Origin: Cycas panzhihuaensis
Taxonomy: Eukaryota > Plantae > Cycadophyta
Direction of reading: 5' to 3'
DNA: 64,000 nucleotides
Assembly: GCA_023213395.1 (NCBI GenBank)
Contig: CM041465.1
Coordinates: 76,143,741 to 76,207,740, forward strand
Below the pieces are notes generated by a model, which was given only the letters and a program-made list of their open reading frames with translations, searched no databases and was not told where the DNA came from. The position numbers and the translations under genes were made by a program. Positions 1 to 12,219 of the stretch are shown here, piece after piece; the stretch's first letter is position 1; the number at the start of each line of letters is the position of its first letter.

Positions 1-1569
1 TTTTAATTTTCTTCAAATGAATAAATATAACCTTTCAATGTAATAAATCTTTTACCTTGATAATAATATATAATGTTGAATCTAAAATGTATATGAGTAA
101 TTTCACTTTGAAATATAAAGAATATAAAGAAATTTTTAAACAAAAAAGTATTGTACTCCTTAAAAGAAAGGTTGAGAGGACAACCTCAAGTTTGGCAGCT
201 TCAAAGCTATGCTAAATAGTGTCAGAATAATATGAAACTTTACCAGTATGAAGATCAATAAAATATGTATCCAATGGAACTAACCGTTTTGAAAGTGGGT
301 TCCTATAAGTCAATATTTGATGATCCAAAGTTATAGACCTCTTTTTTAGGCTTAACAGGAGCAGGTAGCTCCAAATAGCATAAAAATGCTAATAAAATAC
401 TTATAGAATGATGTAAAATGATCAAATATCATTTTGAAGACTAATCAATATATTTTTAATTGAAATTTTTGAGAAATAATATATGGGAAATGTGTAATTA
501 TGGTAGGTTGGAGGCTATTAAGTACCTCTATTTTAATGCTTTTGAAAATTAGTAAAAACATCTTAAAACATATAAAAGACTATATCAATTCGAAGAGGAA
601 TGAGTCAGCTTCCCAATGAAACTGACGGAACTGAATTCTGATACAAAACAAAAAAGTATAACAGAAATGGCAACAAGCACCTTTATGTGAATATGTTTTA
701 AAAAATACTAAAAAATACTAAAATGTCACTTTAGATGATTAAAATAATGATAAAAATAAATCTTAAAAAATAAAATAAATAGTTAGTAATAATTTTTTTT
801 AAAAGTAGATTACTGTAGAATAGATCCAGGTAGAAAATAATCACCTCATAATAAAATATAATCTAATGAAAAAGTGATTTTATAAAAAAGTTTAAAAATG
901 CTCAAAATTTGATGATTGACTTTAAACTGACTAAAACAGGATTAAATCAGGTCCAAATGGGTCATATGACTAGTCAAAATCAGTCTATAGAAAATTTCAG
1001 ACATAATGAAACTAGTTTCGTCAGAAACTGATGATCTAGTGAGAACTTATGGCAAAAATTTGCCAATTACCCTATGTAAAATGAAAAAAAATAAAAAAAA
1101 TAAAAAGAAAAAAGTGTTATAAAGTTGCTGGCCCCTTTAGTGATACCTAACAATCACGTGAAAAGCTCATGTGACCGAGGGCTAAGAGAACGAAAGGGCT
1201 AGGATTTTAAATACAGAATCAAAATATTATTTAATATAATTAATTTTTTCCAAACTTTATAAAAAATAAAATTAAAAATTAAAATCTTAACAGTTATACT
1301 ATTGTTACACTACCACGCTTGTCGTTGCATGCGTGTCATGCAGCCTTTGCTACCAGATGTCGTGCCTGATGCACATGCCTAGCGACCATTTGCCCCCGCC
1401 ACTACTCCAGTCGTTTGATCGCCCGACACGTAGTCATTGGACCTGCACAGATACCGCGTGTTTGTAGAGGGCTGCCACCTGTACATTGCACACAATGGGA
1501 AGAGAAGAGGGCCACCGAAGAAATGATTAAATCTAGTTCAAATTTGGGTGCATAAAGTAGATCAATTCG

Positions 1570-2930
1570 ATGAGTATTATACTACAAAGGATATTGAGCC
1601 ACAAATCTGATATTAAAGATCTTGAGACAAGGATGAAGGAATAGGTCCTCCCAACTGATTATTTTTCAGGATCAACTGCTCTAACTATTTTAACTTAGAA
1701 ATAGAAAGTGGTATGCCTCCATATATCTCATTGAGAGTCAAACAATTACCTATCTCATCAGAAATATGACCTATGTTTGAGCGTGTAGAGTTCTTGGATT
1801 TGAGATGAAAGCTTGGGAGCTGTGGTGTTAAGAATAGGATGGACATATATGAAGTTGTAGGCTTAGAGGTCTATGGTTTATAATACTGAAAGTTTCAGAG
1901 GTTGCTTGTGTCCTGGATGGTGAATGGAATCTTCAATGGATTATAAAATAGGATACACATTTTTCTGAGGGGATATGCAAACATTAGGAGAGGCCACTAA
2001 TAGGATTGTTAGCATATAGCACAATTTATTTCTGTGTGAGCAACCAAAGAGATTTGATGGCTGTTGTAAGAGGGGAAGATGGGAAATGTGGAGCAAAGTA
2101 GCAGTGAGCAGGGATACCTAAGCAGGAATTATCTTCACCTCGTCTGACCATGATGCTGAGGGCTTCCCACCAGCAGTCTAAGTATTTTTATGATGTTGAG
2201 AAGGCGTATTTAGAATGCAAACATATTCTCCAGAATAAGCATTGTGAAACATCTGTTACTTTGGTTGGTAACTCTGGACTCGCTAAGAAGATTGTACGTA
2301 ATTAGGACAAAGGTAATAGAGATGTCCTGGATGGCACCCATTAGTATCAAGTGATGTTCGACAGATGTATGAACAATTTCTTATTATTGTATTGGAGTTG
2401 ATGGATACGGATATATCAATAGAAGAGCTTCATGAATCAACTACAGATATTTATAATATTCTTCATGATATTGATGATGATTCAGCTAGGAGTAATATGT
2501 CATATTTAGCTAACAAGAAATAGAAAGTGCAAATATTATTAGGTCATGTTGCTTCAGATGCTAGCATCCAGAAAACTTCTTTATTTGCCAACAAGCTATA
2601 CAAGTTACAGATGGAGGACCATATTTTATCTATTGATCAGACAAATGGTTACATTAATTATAGGAGTATAGATGGAGACATCTAGTTGGAGTTTGGGATC
2701 AGTAAGGTGGAGGGGATCTATGGCTTTTAAGCATTATTTTAGCACTATTGTTGGTTTCCCAATAGGAAGAAAGGCATTTACTTAAGAGGAATACAAGTTT
2801 AGCTCTTGAGGAGAAACTAAAAGAGCTTTAACATGGAGGTACTATCTATAGGTATAGTGAGTGTAAATGTGAAGTCCAAGTATACCAGAGAAATTACTCA
2901 TATGAGAAGGCTTTATGTCAGATTCGGTGG
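1570..2930 (+). pseudogene. Decayed coding-like sequence, product unassigned
   Basis: Higher GC than flanks. Protein-like frames (e.g. GMPPYISLRVKQLP..MFERVEFLDLR; KYFYDVEKAYLECKHILQNKHCE) are broken by stops and frameshifts. No family recognised. Confidence 0.3.
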
Positions 2931-3719
2931 ATTTTAGCGTCACATTTCTGTAAAAAATGAGAAATAAATACATGCGTTTCTTAATTGAGTATACATTCAA
3001 AGAGTTATATTTTCCAATTTTAAAGTATTTTAATTTGAATCACTAGTATATAAATATTGTTCCTTTTGATATTTGATCATAACTTTCATTGTAATGCACA
3101 ATATTGATACAAGAGAATCTGTTTCATCCTTGAAATAGGGAATGTAAAATTTTATTTTGGCTATAGATTCTTGAGCAGTAATTCCAACAAATCTGTTTGA
3201 TTTTTTTGTAATATCAGACCTGCTCAATGATCCAAGCATAAAGGAACTAGTAAAGAAACTGCAACAAAAAAAAGAAAATGGATGCACTAATCCAACTAAA
3301 AAATAGCTTTGATTATGAGCCAATGGCTGCTCAATCTTATATCAGATTTAATAGATAAGGATTTGGTCACTAATGTGATAATATATTCAAGATCAGAAAT
3401 AGTATATGTTTCGTAGGCAAAATAGTGTATATATTCAATATTTTAACCGTGCAAAGATTATGCTATAAAAGCAAATATTTTTAAAATATATTAATATAAA
3501 TATATGAAATATATAAAATGCAAGTATGTTTAAGTCTTAAATATTTCAAATATGTGAAGCAAATATATCAGGAAACTAAGGAATATCTATGTTTAAATCT
3601 GAAAAAAATATGAAGAACCTGGTAATGTAGCTGTAGTAGGCTTGCAGCAGGTTGACTTCCAAAGATGAGATCTGTTGTATATGCTTCTCCAGAAAGCTTA
3701 TTAGGTTGAATATGCACCC

Positions 3720-4285
3720 AAAACTTGTAGATCTGAAAAAATAACTTTAAAAAAAATATTAAATATATGATAAAATATATATATATCTAAAAGAATATGT
3801 AGCAGATCTAAGAAAAACTTGAATGAATATTGTAGATTTAAAGTAAATATGGCAAATCTATAGCCCCTGTTACAGATCTAAAACAAATCAACCTGAAAAT
3901 GGTGAAATAATTCATAAAATAAGTAGATCTAAAAATATATGTAGTGAATCTGAAGTAGAATGTAATAAATCTGAAGTAAAATATAGTAGATCTGAATCAA
4001 ATGTTATAGATCTCAAACAAATATACCAGAAAAAGTTGAAATAATTACTGAAATAAGTAGATCTAAAAAGAATATATAGTAGATCTAAATAAAATATAGC
4101 AAAAAATGGTGAAATACTTGATAAAATAAGCATATCTGAAATAAATATTGAATATTTAAATAAAATAAACCAAGAAACTGTCAAATATTTAATAAAAAGT
4201 ATAGATCTGAAAAATATATGGCAGATCTGAAGAAAACTTTGAGTAAATATTGCTTGCAGCTGATCTCCTTCATAGATCTAAGAAA
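3720..4285. repeat. Degenerate ~21-bp minisatellite with AGATCT core
   Basis: Consecutive 21-bp units start at 3922, 3943, 3964 and 3985. About a dozen further (t/c)AGATCT-like cores lie in the interval. Confidence 0.7.
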
Positions 4286-4627
4286 ATATTAGATAAATAG
4301 AGAGAAATATGCTTAAAAATAGTCAAATATTTGATAAAAATATATAAAACTTTGTTGATGAAACCTATATATAGTGATAAAACTTTATATTTATTATTTT
4401 TTAGTTGTGTACCTACATAAATATGAAGAAATTTAAAATATCTTTATTATAGCACAAGTATATCTTCAAGAATGATCAAATTTGATTTTAAAAAATATAA
4501 GAAATTATTGAAAAAACTTATAGAAAATGAATATACCGATATTTCTTGCTTGTGAATAAATCTACCTCAAAATGCCAATAAATTTTTCTTCTTAAAAAAA
4601 AAACTTCAACAATGGATTATAAACCTA

Positions 4628-4638
4628 CTCTAATACCA
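4628..4638 (-). promoter_or_regulatory. Primer binding site (tRNA-iMet type) of element D
   Basis: Minus strand reads ...TTCCTTCA-TC-TGGTATTAGAG, one mismatch to TGGTATCAGAG. The LTR end CCTTCA matches that of element C. Confidence 0.7.
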
Positions 4639-4640
4639 GA

Positions 4641-5172
4641 TGAAGGAAATAATATGTAGGAGAACAGGCTAGAACATAAAAGAGATAACCAAAACTTCAA
4701 TACATCAATAGATTATTGATGCACAATCATGAGAGTCATTATATTCAATCCATATTGTAGAAGAGAGTATTACAAATGTCCAATATTAAAGGCAGTGTCT
4801 AAAGATGCCATGGTTATACACCCCTCAAATTATATAGTTTGGGGGAGGAGGGAAACTCCTCAACTTCTGAAATTTAAATAACAATAAAATAATTATAACT
4901 TAACTTAAATGAAATTAACTTAAATTAACATAAACTTACCTATATATGTTGAGCACCCACATGTGTAAATTAAAGAAGATGAGGTGTGCTCCCCTAGTTG
5001 GAAGGTGGGAGTGGAGTGATGACTATTAACTCCAATAGTAGGTAGGTCCTATAATTTAACATTTAGGTTGGAAATGGTGCTAGCCCACTTGGGTTTAGGA
5101 AGTGTTACTTATTGAAGTGCATAAAACTATGATTATAGTAATTGGGGATATATTTCTTTATGGATTCCAACT
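4641..5172 (-). repeat. 5' LTR of element D (~530 bp)
   Basis: Ends in CA next to the PBS. Putative start AGTTGGAATCC (decayed TGTTGG) at 5172; this outer boundary is uncertain. Confidence 0.5.
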
Positions 5173-5199
5173 TAGTTTAATATGTGAAACCTTTGCAAA

Positions 5200-8070
5200 T
5201 TTAAAGAGTTCATATAAAATTTCTTCATCAATGATTTTAGATAAAATTTTGAACTATGAATAATGTTTTTTTATGTGATGTTTAGAAGCATGTGTGAATT
5301 CACATAAAAATGGATGGGTGATCTTAAAGCTAATGAACCAAAGTTCTTAGGTGGATAAATGCATAACCCAATTCTAAATATTCTAAAATGAGTAGACCCC
5401 TCCTACCAAATCACTAATTATCATTCACTTTCTCTATTAGCAACCCATCACTTAACATCTACAAGATTACTAACCTATTTGCCAATAATTTATCTAGAAT
5501 GTACATTACCTACTCATGTTTTTAGCTTCTATAATTTACCTTTAAATTTATTTTCATACAGTAAGACACAATCATCGCCCCTAAATCTTATTATCTTAAT
5601 CTATCGGTCATGTCAAGCTCTCTCATAAGTTATGGTGATCTTTTATTACTACTTTACATAAAGTCATCTCATCTAATTTCATTAATTAAATCATTTATTA
5701 CTGGATATCCTATTGATCATCCTATTTCATGATTGCAGCACCTTTCAAGCTTAGAACAAGGAATTCAATTAAAATAACCACTCCAACACCATAAGCAAGT
5801 TGAAAAGGTAATTATCTTATTGATTTCCAATGAGTTGTTTTAAATGACCATAAAATTACATGTAGTTTATCTACCTAATCTAAGCCACCCACATTACAAG
5901 TTCTTATCAAATCCTTCCATGAGATTTTATTGAAACTATTGACCAATCCATTGCATCAAGGATAGTATGGAGTACTTTTATAATGTTAAATCATGAAACT
6001 ATCTCGACTTTTTAATTATTTGATTAATAAAATAAGTTCATTAAACACTCACCAACTCTAATGGATAGCCAAAACAAATGATTATTGATTGTAACAAAAA
6101 ATTGACTAATGTTTATACATTACAATACCTTTTCACTTTTGCCTTAAACCATAAGGTCATATAATTAATTACAATGATATATCTAGCACCAAACCTTTTC
6201 ATAGCAAGGCTTATAAGCCTAACAAAATCAATTCCTAATTTTGCAAATGATATCATTCTAATAATTGAATTTAAATGAAAGTGATCTACTTTTCCTAGTC
6301 AATCCATCTTTGACAAACATCACAAGCTTACAACTAAATGTGGGAATTCTTAACCACGATCAACCATCATAATTAAAATTCAAGTATCTTTTATACTAAA
6401 GTTTCTCTTTCCATATGGCCTCTCGATACTCTTTTATGGGATTCTTAGAGAATCATTACTCTCTCATGTTTTAGAACATATTGCTAAAGCATTATATTTA
6501 GTCCCAACTAGTATAATTACCCTACAATTAATTAGTTTCAAATACTTTCAAGATTAAATCTACCTTCTACTTAGTTGAAAAATCTAATGGTGTTGATCAT
6601 ATCTGTAAGAAATTTGCAATATCCTTAAATCCCTCTAAAACTCCTTTAACTCTATATAATTTTACATCTAGGAAATCATCCTTAAACCTAACTAGTTTTT
6701 ATTTTGTATTGATTATGATAAATGATTGAGGGCTACATGTACTATGTGAGGCTTTAAGAAATTTTGAAATTAAATTCTTAGAATAATTGTAACCACCGAC
6801 TCATTCATTCTTGCAAAATTGGTTTATTGATTAAATATGTCTAGGCTTGGTGATTACTATAAAATTAGAGAAAATTTGCTAATAGTTGATGTTAAAACTT
6901 GTGCAATGGTTATATAGTTATTTTCTACTTGGGTTAATCATTAATTGCCAAAAGCAATTAGATGATCAATCAATCATCTCCCAGGTTGTGCAAAAGTTGT
7001 TTTTGTCACTATACTTAGAGTACCAAGATGGACATGAAAATTCTTTGACTAATTTAGGATATGTGTGTTGACTAATTTTTTTTCAATATTTTGAATGCCT
7101 GTTAGTACTTCTAGGTCCAAATGAATGGAGCATATTTTCTTAACAATTTCTATAGTGGCATAGTAATTTCTTTATAATTTAAAATAAATTTCTTATAGTG
7201 CCCATATTGGCATAGTAATTTCTTTATATTTTTAAATAAATTTCTTATAGTACCCCATATGACTAAGTTATTATTTAATCATCATCAGATTCATTGGTAG
7301 TTCCAAGTCTAAGCTAACTTAGATCATTTTCAAGTCAGTTAGGAGTCCTCAACAACAAATAACATGCCCTAACAATGTTCCAAAGATAACTAAGAATTGC
7401 CACTTATCAAGATTGAGGGAAATCTTAACTTCATGGCATTTTTACAATGTTAGTCATAAGTTTGTTACATGATATTTAAGGAGCCCAAACAAAGTCATCT
7501 AAATAGATTTGAAGAATAAATTCCTTAAAGACTATTATAAAAATCCTTTAAAATATAGTCAAAGTATTACACAATCTAAAAGAAATAACCTCGTATATAT
7601 ACAAATCCCATTATATTATAAAGGTTGTCTTATGTTAGTCTTGTTTCGCAATCTTCAAGTAATATAGACTGAAAATCCATCTATAAAAGAATATATTTCT
7701 TATCCTATAACATTCTTCAAAGCTTATTCATGTTGGAATATAAATTTCACATATATTAATATAATATTTAATTAATGATGACCATAAGAATTATTGATTA
7801 TCATTCATTAATATGAGATCTCATATAGATTTGAAGACCATTTTTTCCATTCATGGTTTTTCGATATTAAACATTGTGCCACATATGGTATTTGCATTAT
7901 TGAATATTTTGCCTTATCCTTATTCATTTATCACATTCATTATATGCTCAATTGATCATGTAATTACATTTCCTCCTTTATTGCATTAAGTTATTATCTT
8001 ATGCAACAAACTTTAGCATGGTATCCTACCTTCTATATAAGTCACATCATGAATTTTAACATGGTATTAA
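5200..8070 (-). mobile_element. Highly decayed Ty3/gypsy pol (RT-RNase H-integrase)
   Basis: Minus-strand translation gives FGYPLELVS (~6045-6075) and D*VDKLHVILWSFKTTH..PFQLAYG..IEFLVLSL (~5745-5885), typical of gypsy integrase. Segment 7780-8060 aligns with the gypsy RT at 20130-20415. Confidence 0.8.
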
Positions 8071-8267
8071 AGTTGAAATTTGAAGCACAAGTAAAGAGGT
8101 TTTGGAAAGATAGGGTTGCATAATAAAAGTAAGAAGTAGAATGTTGATGACTACACATACATGGTGATAATATTTATCATCTAAAAACGATCTATGCATG
8201 CACTATATAAGCTAGTATTGTGTTAGTATCAAGCCAGTATGAGCTAGTAACAAAATCTGGTATGAGA

Positions 8268-8281
8268 TGGTATCAAGAGCC
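8268..8281 (+). promoter_or_regulatory. PBS-like motif TGGTATCAAGAGCC of an unresolved plus-strand LTR element
   Basis: Follows a TATA box (CTATATAAG ~8203) and ...TAACA. Matches the tRNA-iMet PBS with one extra A. Confidence 0.4.
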
Positions 8282-8366
8282 AATATGGAGAAGATTTGAT
8301 GCAAGAAAAACTGAGTTATGTTAATGTCATATAATAGGGGTGTGTCAAAGTTAAAAGGAGCTACAT

Positions 8367-9250
8367 GAAGAGTCATATATATGGTGAAGATTGACATGCA
8401 ACTGACAAGTAATATTATTCATTTATTTATTTATCATAGACATTTATACACATGTAGCCCTATATTTTAGAACATGTAGATGTTTGATAAAGCATCTATA
8501 AGATGATTACCCATGCAGGATTGATCATCCTATCAGAGCAAAATGTTAATTGGTGCTCTATTAATAAGTGAGAAATGATAGTAGGTCTATAGTAGTGTTA
8601 ATCTACAATAATTTAAAGGCAAACATTATGGTATGCTTTGAGTGGCAAGAAGGAAGCCCATTGGCAAGTATTTAGCATTGAGATTTAAGATATGTTGATT
8701 TGTTACAATGATCAATAATGGGTGAGATCCTAGGGTTTGCAAGAGTTTTGCAAGTGATTACATTTATAAGAAAATTTGACAAGTAATGTATAATGGTTGA
8801 TAAGGGTTTAAGGCAACTATTTTCTTATTAAAATACATATTTAACATGAAAATTTTAATATTTTAGCACACATGAGGGTTTAAAAATTAGATGATATGTG
8901 ATGCTAATAATAAGTTGCTAAATGCTAGAATTGTCAAGGAGTCACAATAGTTGTTCCATTGATAATCACCATTTGGTCAGGTTATAAGTGCCCCCTTATG
9001 ACTAATTAATGAACCAAAAACCAAGTTATGTTGATGAGATGTGACCACAACTAGGGTGTCTTGAAAGTGATGAAGAGAGCCACATATGAAGTCAAAGAAT
9101 TGAACATTTAAATTAATAGGTAATATTATTTCCTTATTAAATTAATATAAACGTTTATCGTATGCATGTGGTGCATGTATATCAAGCATGCATATTTATG
9201 AAGTTTATCCATAAAAGAATCACCTAAGTAGGATTGATCACCCTATAATA
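8367..9250 (+). repeat. Diverged ~170-180-bp direct repeat pair (8367-8535 and 9072-9250)
   Basis: Shared GAAGAG...GTAATATTATT...AGGATTGATCA(T/C)CCTAT in the same order and spacing. Confidence 0.55.
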
Positions 9251-11747
9251 TTGAGTTACAAAAATGAGAATGGAATGCTAAATCATAAGGCACTCAACAT
9301 CGAACAACAAATAATTTACTTCTACAATGATTAAAGGAGTGCCTCTGCAATCATCTAAGCTCCAAATAATTTGCAATACACATAGACCTATTCCATCTTC
9401 TGTGAGAAGAATTTCATCATGGGGCATATGCAACTATGTCATTCTCAGAAATAAGGGTAGCAATTGTCTTCCAATATTTCAAACTTGCCTATCCCTACCA
9501 TAAACTTACCTTTACACTACAATTATCTCTGATATAGTCAACATATTCTACAAACCTGTGGTTGTATTTTTGCATGGCCAAATATAAAATATGTGCCTAA
9601 TAGTAATAAAATATATTTGTGTGCAACCATCTATTTGATTTATATCAGAGTTATGATACTTATTGCCTTTGTAGTTGTGATATTTTGAGTTGGGATCAAT
9701 TCATTGAGATCTAAAGATGTTCCTATTATTATTGAATGAGTTACGTCAATATCCATTGCATGATAAGTGGAGATTCTAGCATTATAAAAGGGAAAGCTTA
9801 TTGTGGATTGTTATAGGAAACTATTGAGGCATCTCATGGATAAATGATATGGATGAGGCCCGTAAAGAAAGTCAAATTTATCTTACATAGATAGAGGAAA
9901 CTATGAAGAACAATAGATTCCTCAAAATAAAAATGTAAATCTATGAATGAGAACACAAATATGAAGTGGAAGATTTGCTTGTAGATGTCTAAGGAGTCCA
10001 TAGATTTGTTGTTTAAATAAAATTATAACATAAAATCTAAAAAAATTACCCAAATATAATATGAAAGGCAAAACCCTAATTCATTATTGAATAATGGAAT
10101 TTTTGTATGTTTGGTTATTTCTTACAATGTTTTATTTACATTTAACTCAACTAGATTTTGCTTTGAAGTCTACCCAAGCCCCTTGGATGAAAACTAGATA
10201 GTCACATGTTCATGCAATACAACAAAGGGCCAATTTCATGAGGTGCTTAAACCATTTTTTAACCTCACCATGTTTTTTGATAATATACTCATAGACTTTT
10301 CAACATAACTTTTGCATATGGAGCCAAAATTGAGTGTTGTCAATTGCCTTTAAAAAACGACTCAGAGATAGTCAAAATAATTAGTTGGAAGGCAAATTTT
10401 AAGGCTTATATAATTAATATTTTAATTGATAAACCTTTATAATTGATTTTTTGCATGATACAAGGTGTATTTTATATGATTTGGCATTGGTTTTTTTAAT
10501 TTTTAAAGGTTATTAAGTCTATGTTGATAAAAATGGATGCATGATGATGATTATAGGCACATGTTGGTTGAAAAATGATAATAAAAATATATAAAGGCTC
10601 ATTTGTCATATATTTATGGCTCGAAATTTCAAAATAGATCACTTAAAAACTTGGTTGATAAACAGATATGTGTTGGACATAATAATATTGATCCCCCTAA
10701 TACATGGAAATATTTGATGAAGTGTTATAACTACCACTAATAAAATGAATTTGACACAAGTTGATGAAATGATGAACAATCATTTGGTTTAATGCACGAT
10801 GAGGTTGAATGATGGATACATCACCTAATTATTTTAGTATTTGAAGGAATGTTAAATGATAGATAAAATAACACCATGATATTTGATTCAAAGTTGTTAG
10901 GTGATTATTGAGTTACCTACCTGATATGGGACATGAAAAAATCTCATAAGTTTGATTAGTTATTGAAATTAGTAATAATTGTTGCAAGTTATCTATAAAA
11001 CCAAGTTCAACTATTGAAGAGTCCAATTGATATGTGTCTTCAATTAAAAATCTAATGGTTATATATGACAAGAGTTGTGGAACACATTATACATGTCACC
11101 TTATGGCAATGAATTTAAAAAGCTAGGTAGTACACCTTATTCCCAAAATTAGTTGGTTTGAGAATTTATGAGAGATTAATTATTTAAAAATATTGTAAGG
11201 GTTATTTTATGTAGAATCGTGAATGAAGGTATCACATGAGTTTTTTATATCTTGTATGATAAGAGGCAAAATAAGATTTGCTAGTTACTCTTATTACAAC
11301 ATTTGTCTAATCATATTATGCTATTCTTTTATTTATAAAATTGATGAACCACATATAATAAATATATTCTAGATAATTAATGATTATAATGGTTGGCTAC
11401 CCATGCGTTTCGGTAGATGGTTACTGTTTTATATGTACATCACTAAATTTGATTATTGATGAGGTTGATGAGTTTGTTTTGCAACTTATAGGTGGAAGAT
11501 ATAAAGTTATTATCAAGAAACTTCATATATTTTAACAAGTTATAATTCATGTTTAATTAATGTTGATTTATAGGTGGTGAGATATGAGATATAATATGAT
11601 GATATTTGATTACAAGAGAGAAGTTTGGTGAAGATATGTTTGATGATTGATATGTATAGGTGATACAAGACACGTGATGAATAGGTCATCTAGCATGAAG
11701 ATTCAACATAAAAATGAAGACATTAAAGAATTCCATAAATTAAACAT

Positions 11748-11947
11748 TAAATGGGGCTGTTAGAATATGAATTTCATAAGTATTAATGTAATGTTTAATT
11801 ATTGGTTAAGTAGTTATTGGTTGATATGAAAGATTTTCATATGCAAGATCTAATTGGTTAATGTAATTGTAAAATATGATTGGATGATAATAAGGTGATA
11901 TATCTATATAAGGGCAATGCATATTATAAGAAAAATTAGATCACTTA
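11748..11947 (+). repeat. PPT plus start of a plus-strand LTR, interrupted by element A
   Basis: AAATGGGGC followed by TGTTAGAA at 11758 and CTATATAAG at ~11903. Confidence 0.35.
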
Positions 11948-12219
11948 CATTAGCTTGAGAGCATAACAGAATTGAGATTATAAGGTATACATTACAAAAT
12001 AAACAAAATTTTTCATATAAAATTTAAAGTACTGAGAAACACCTTTAGGCCATGAGGCTCATTTAAATAGTCAGGTCGTCGAGTTAACTCAACATCTACC
12101 AACACTTTGTATCAATAAACACCATTGAAATATTTGGGTAGTGGATTGGCTAGGGTGGATAGAGTCGACTCCATGCCTCCCAATGTCACCACATTACCCT
12201 AATGATTATTATTCCATCA
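11948..12219 (-). repeat. LTR1, 3' LTR of element A (272 bp)
   Basis: Starts TGATGGAAT right after the PPT. Aligns end to end with 18819-19089 and 19830-20101. Confidence 0.9.

Larger units (their letters stand above)
1..5172 (-). mobile_element. Copia-related LTR element D, 5' part (LTR, PBS, long leader); the rest lies off the window start
   Basis: PBS and LTR end at 4628-4641. Segments 541-660 and 980-1203 align in reverse with the leader of element C (31281-31730), including the GGTCACATG..CACGTG hairpin. Confidence 0.6.

Noticed and set aside
3030-3323. 97-aa minus-strand ORF
   Set aside because: AT-rich, no motif, no splice or homology support. Consistent with chance.
3720-4285. CRISPR-like reading of the spaced AGATCT repeats
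   Set aside because: The units are degenerate tandem repeats without unique spacers, the context is eukaryotic, and there are no cas genes.
8725-10080. Scattered telomere-like words (TAGGGTTT, AAACCCTAA)
   Set aside because: Single isolated copies, not an interstitial telomeric array.
9300-11740. Possible gag or pol remnants in this interval
   Set aside because: Too decayed to assign by eye. Only weak hints (e.g. PPNTWKYL) were found, so it is left unannotated.
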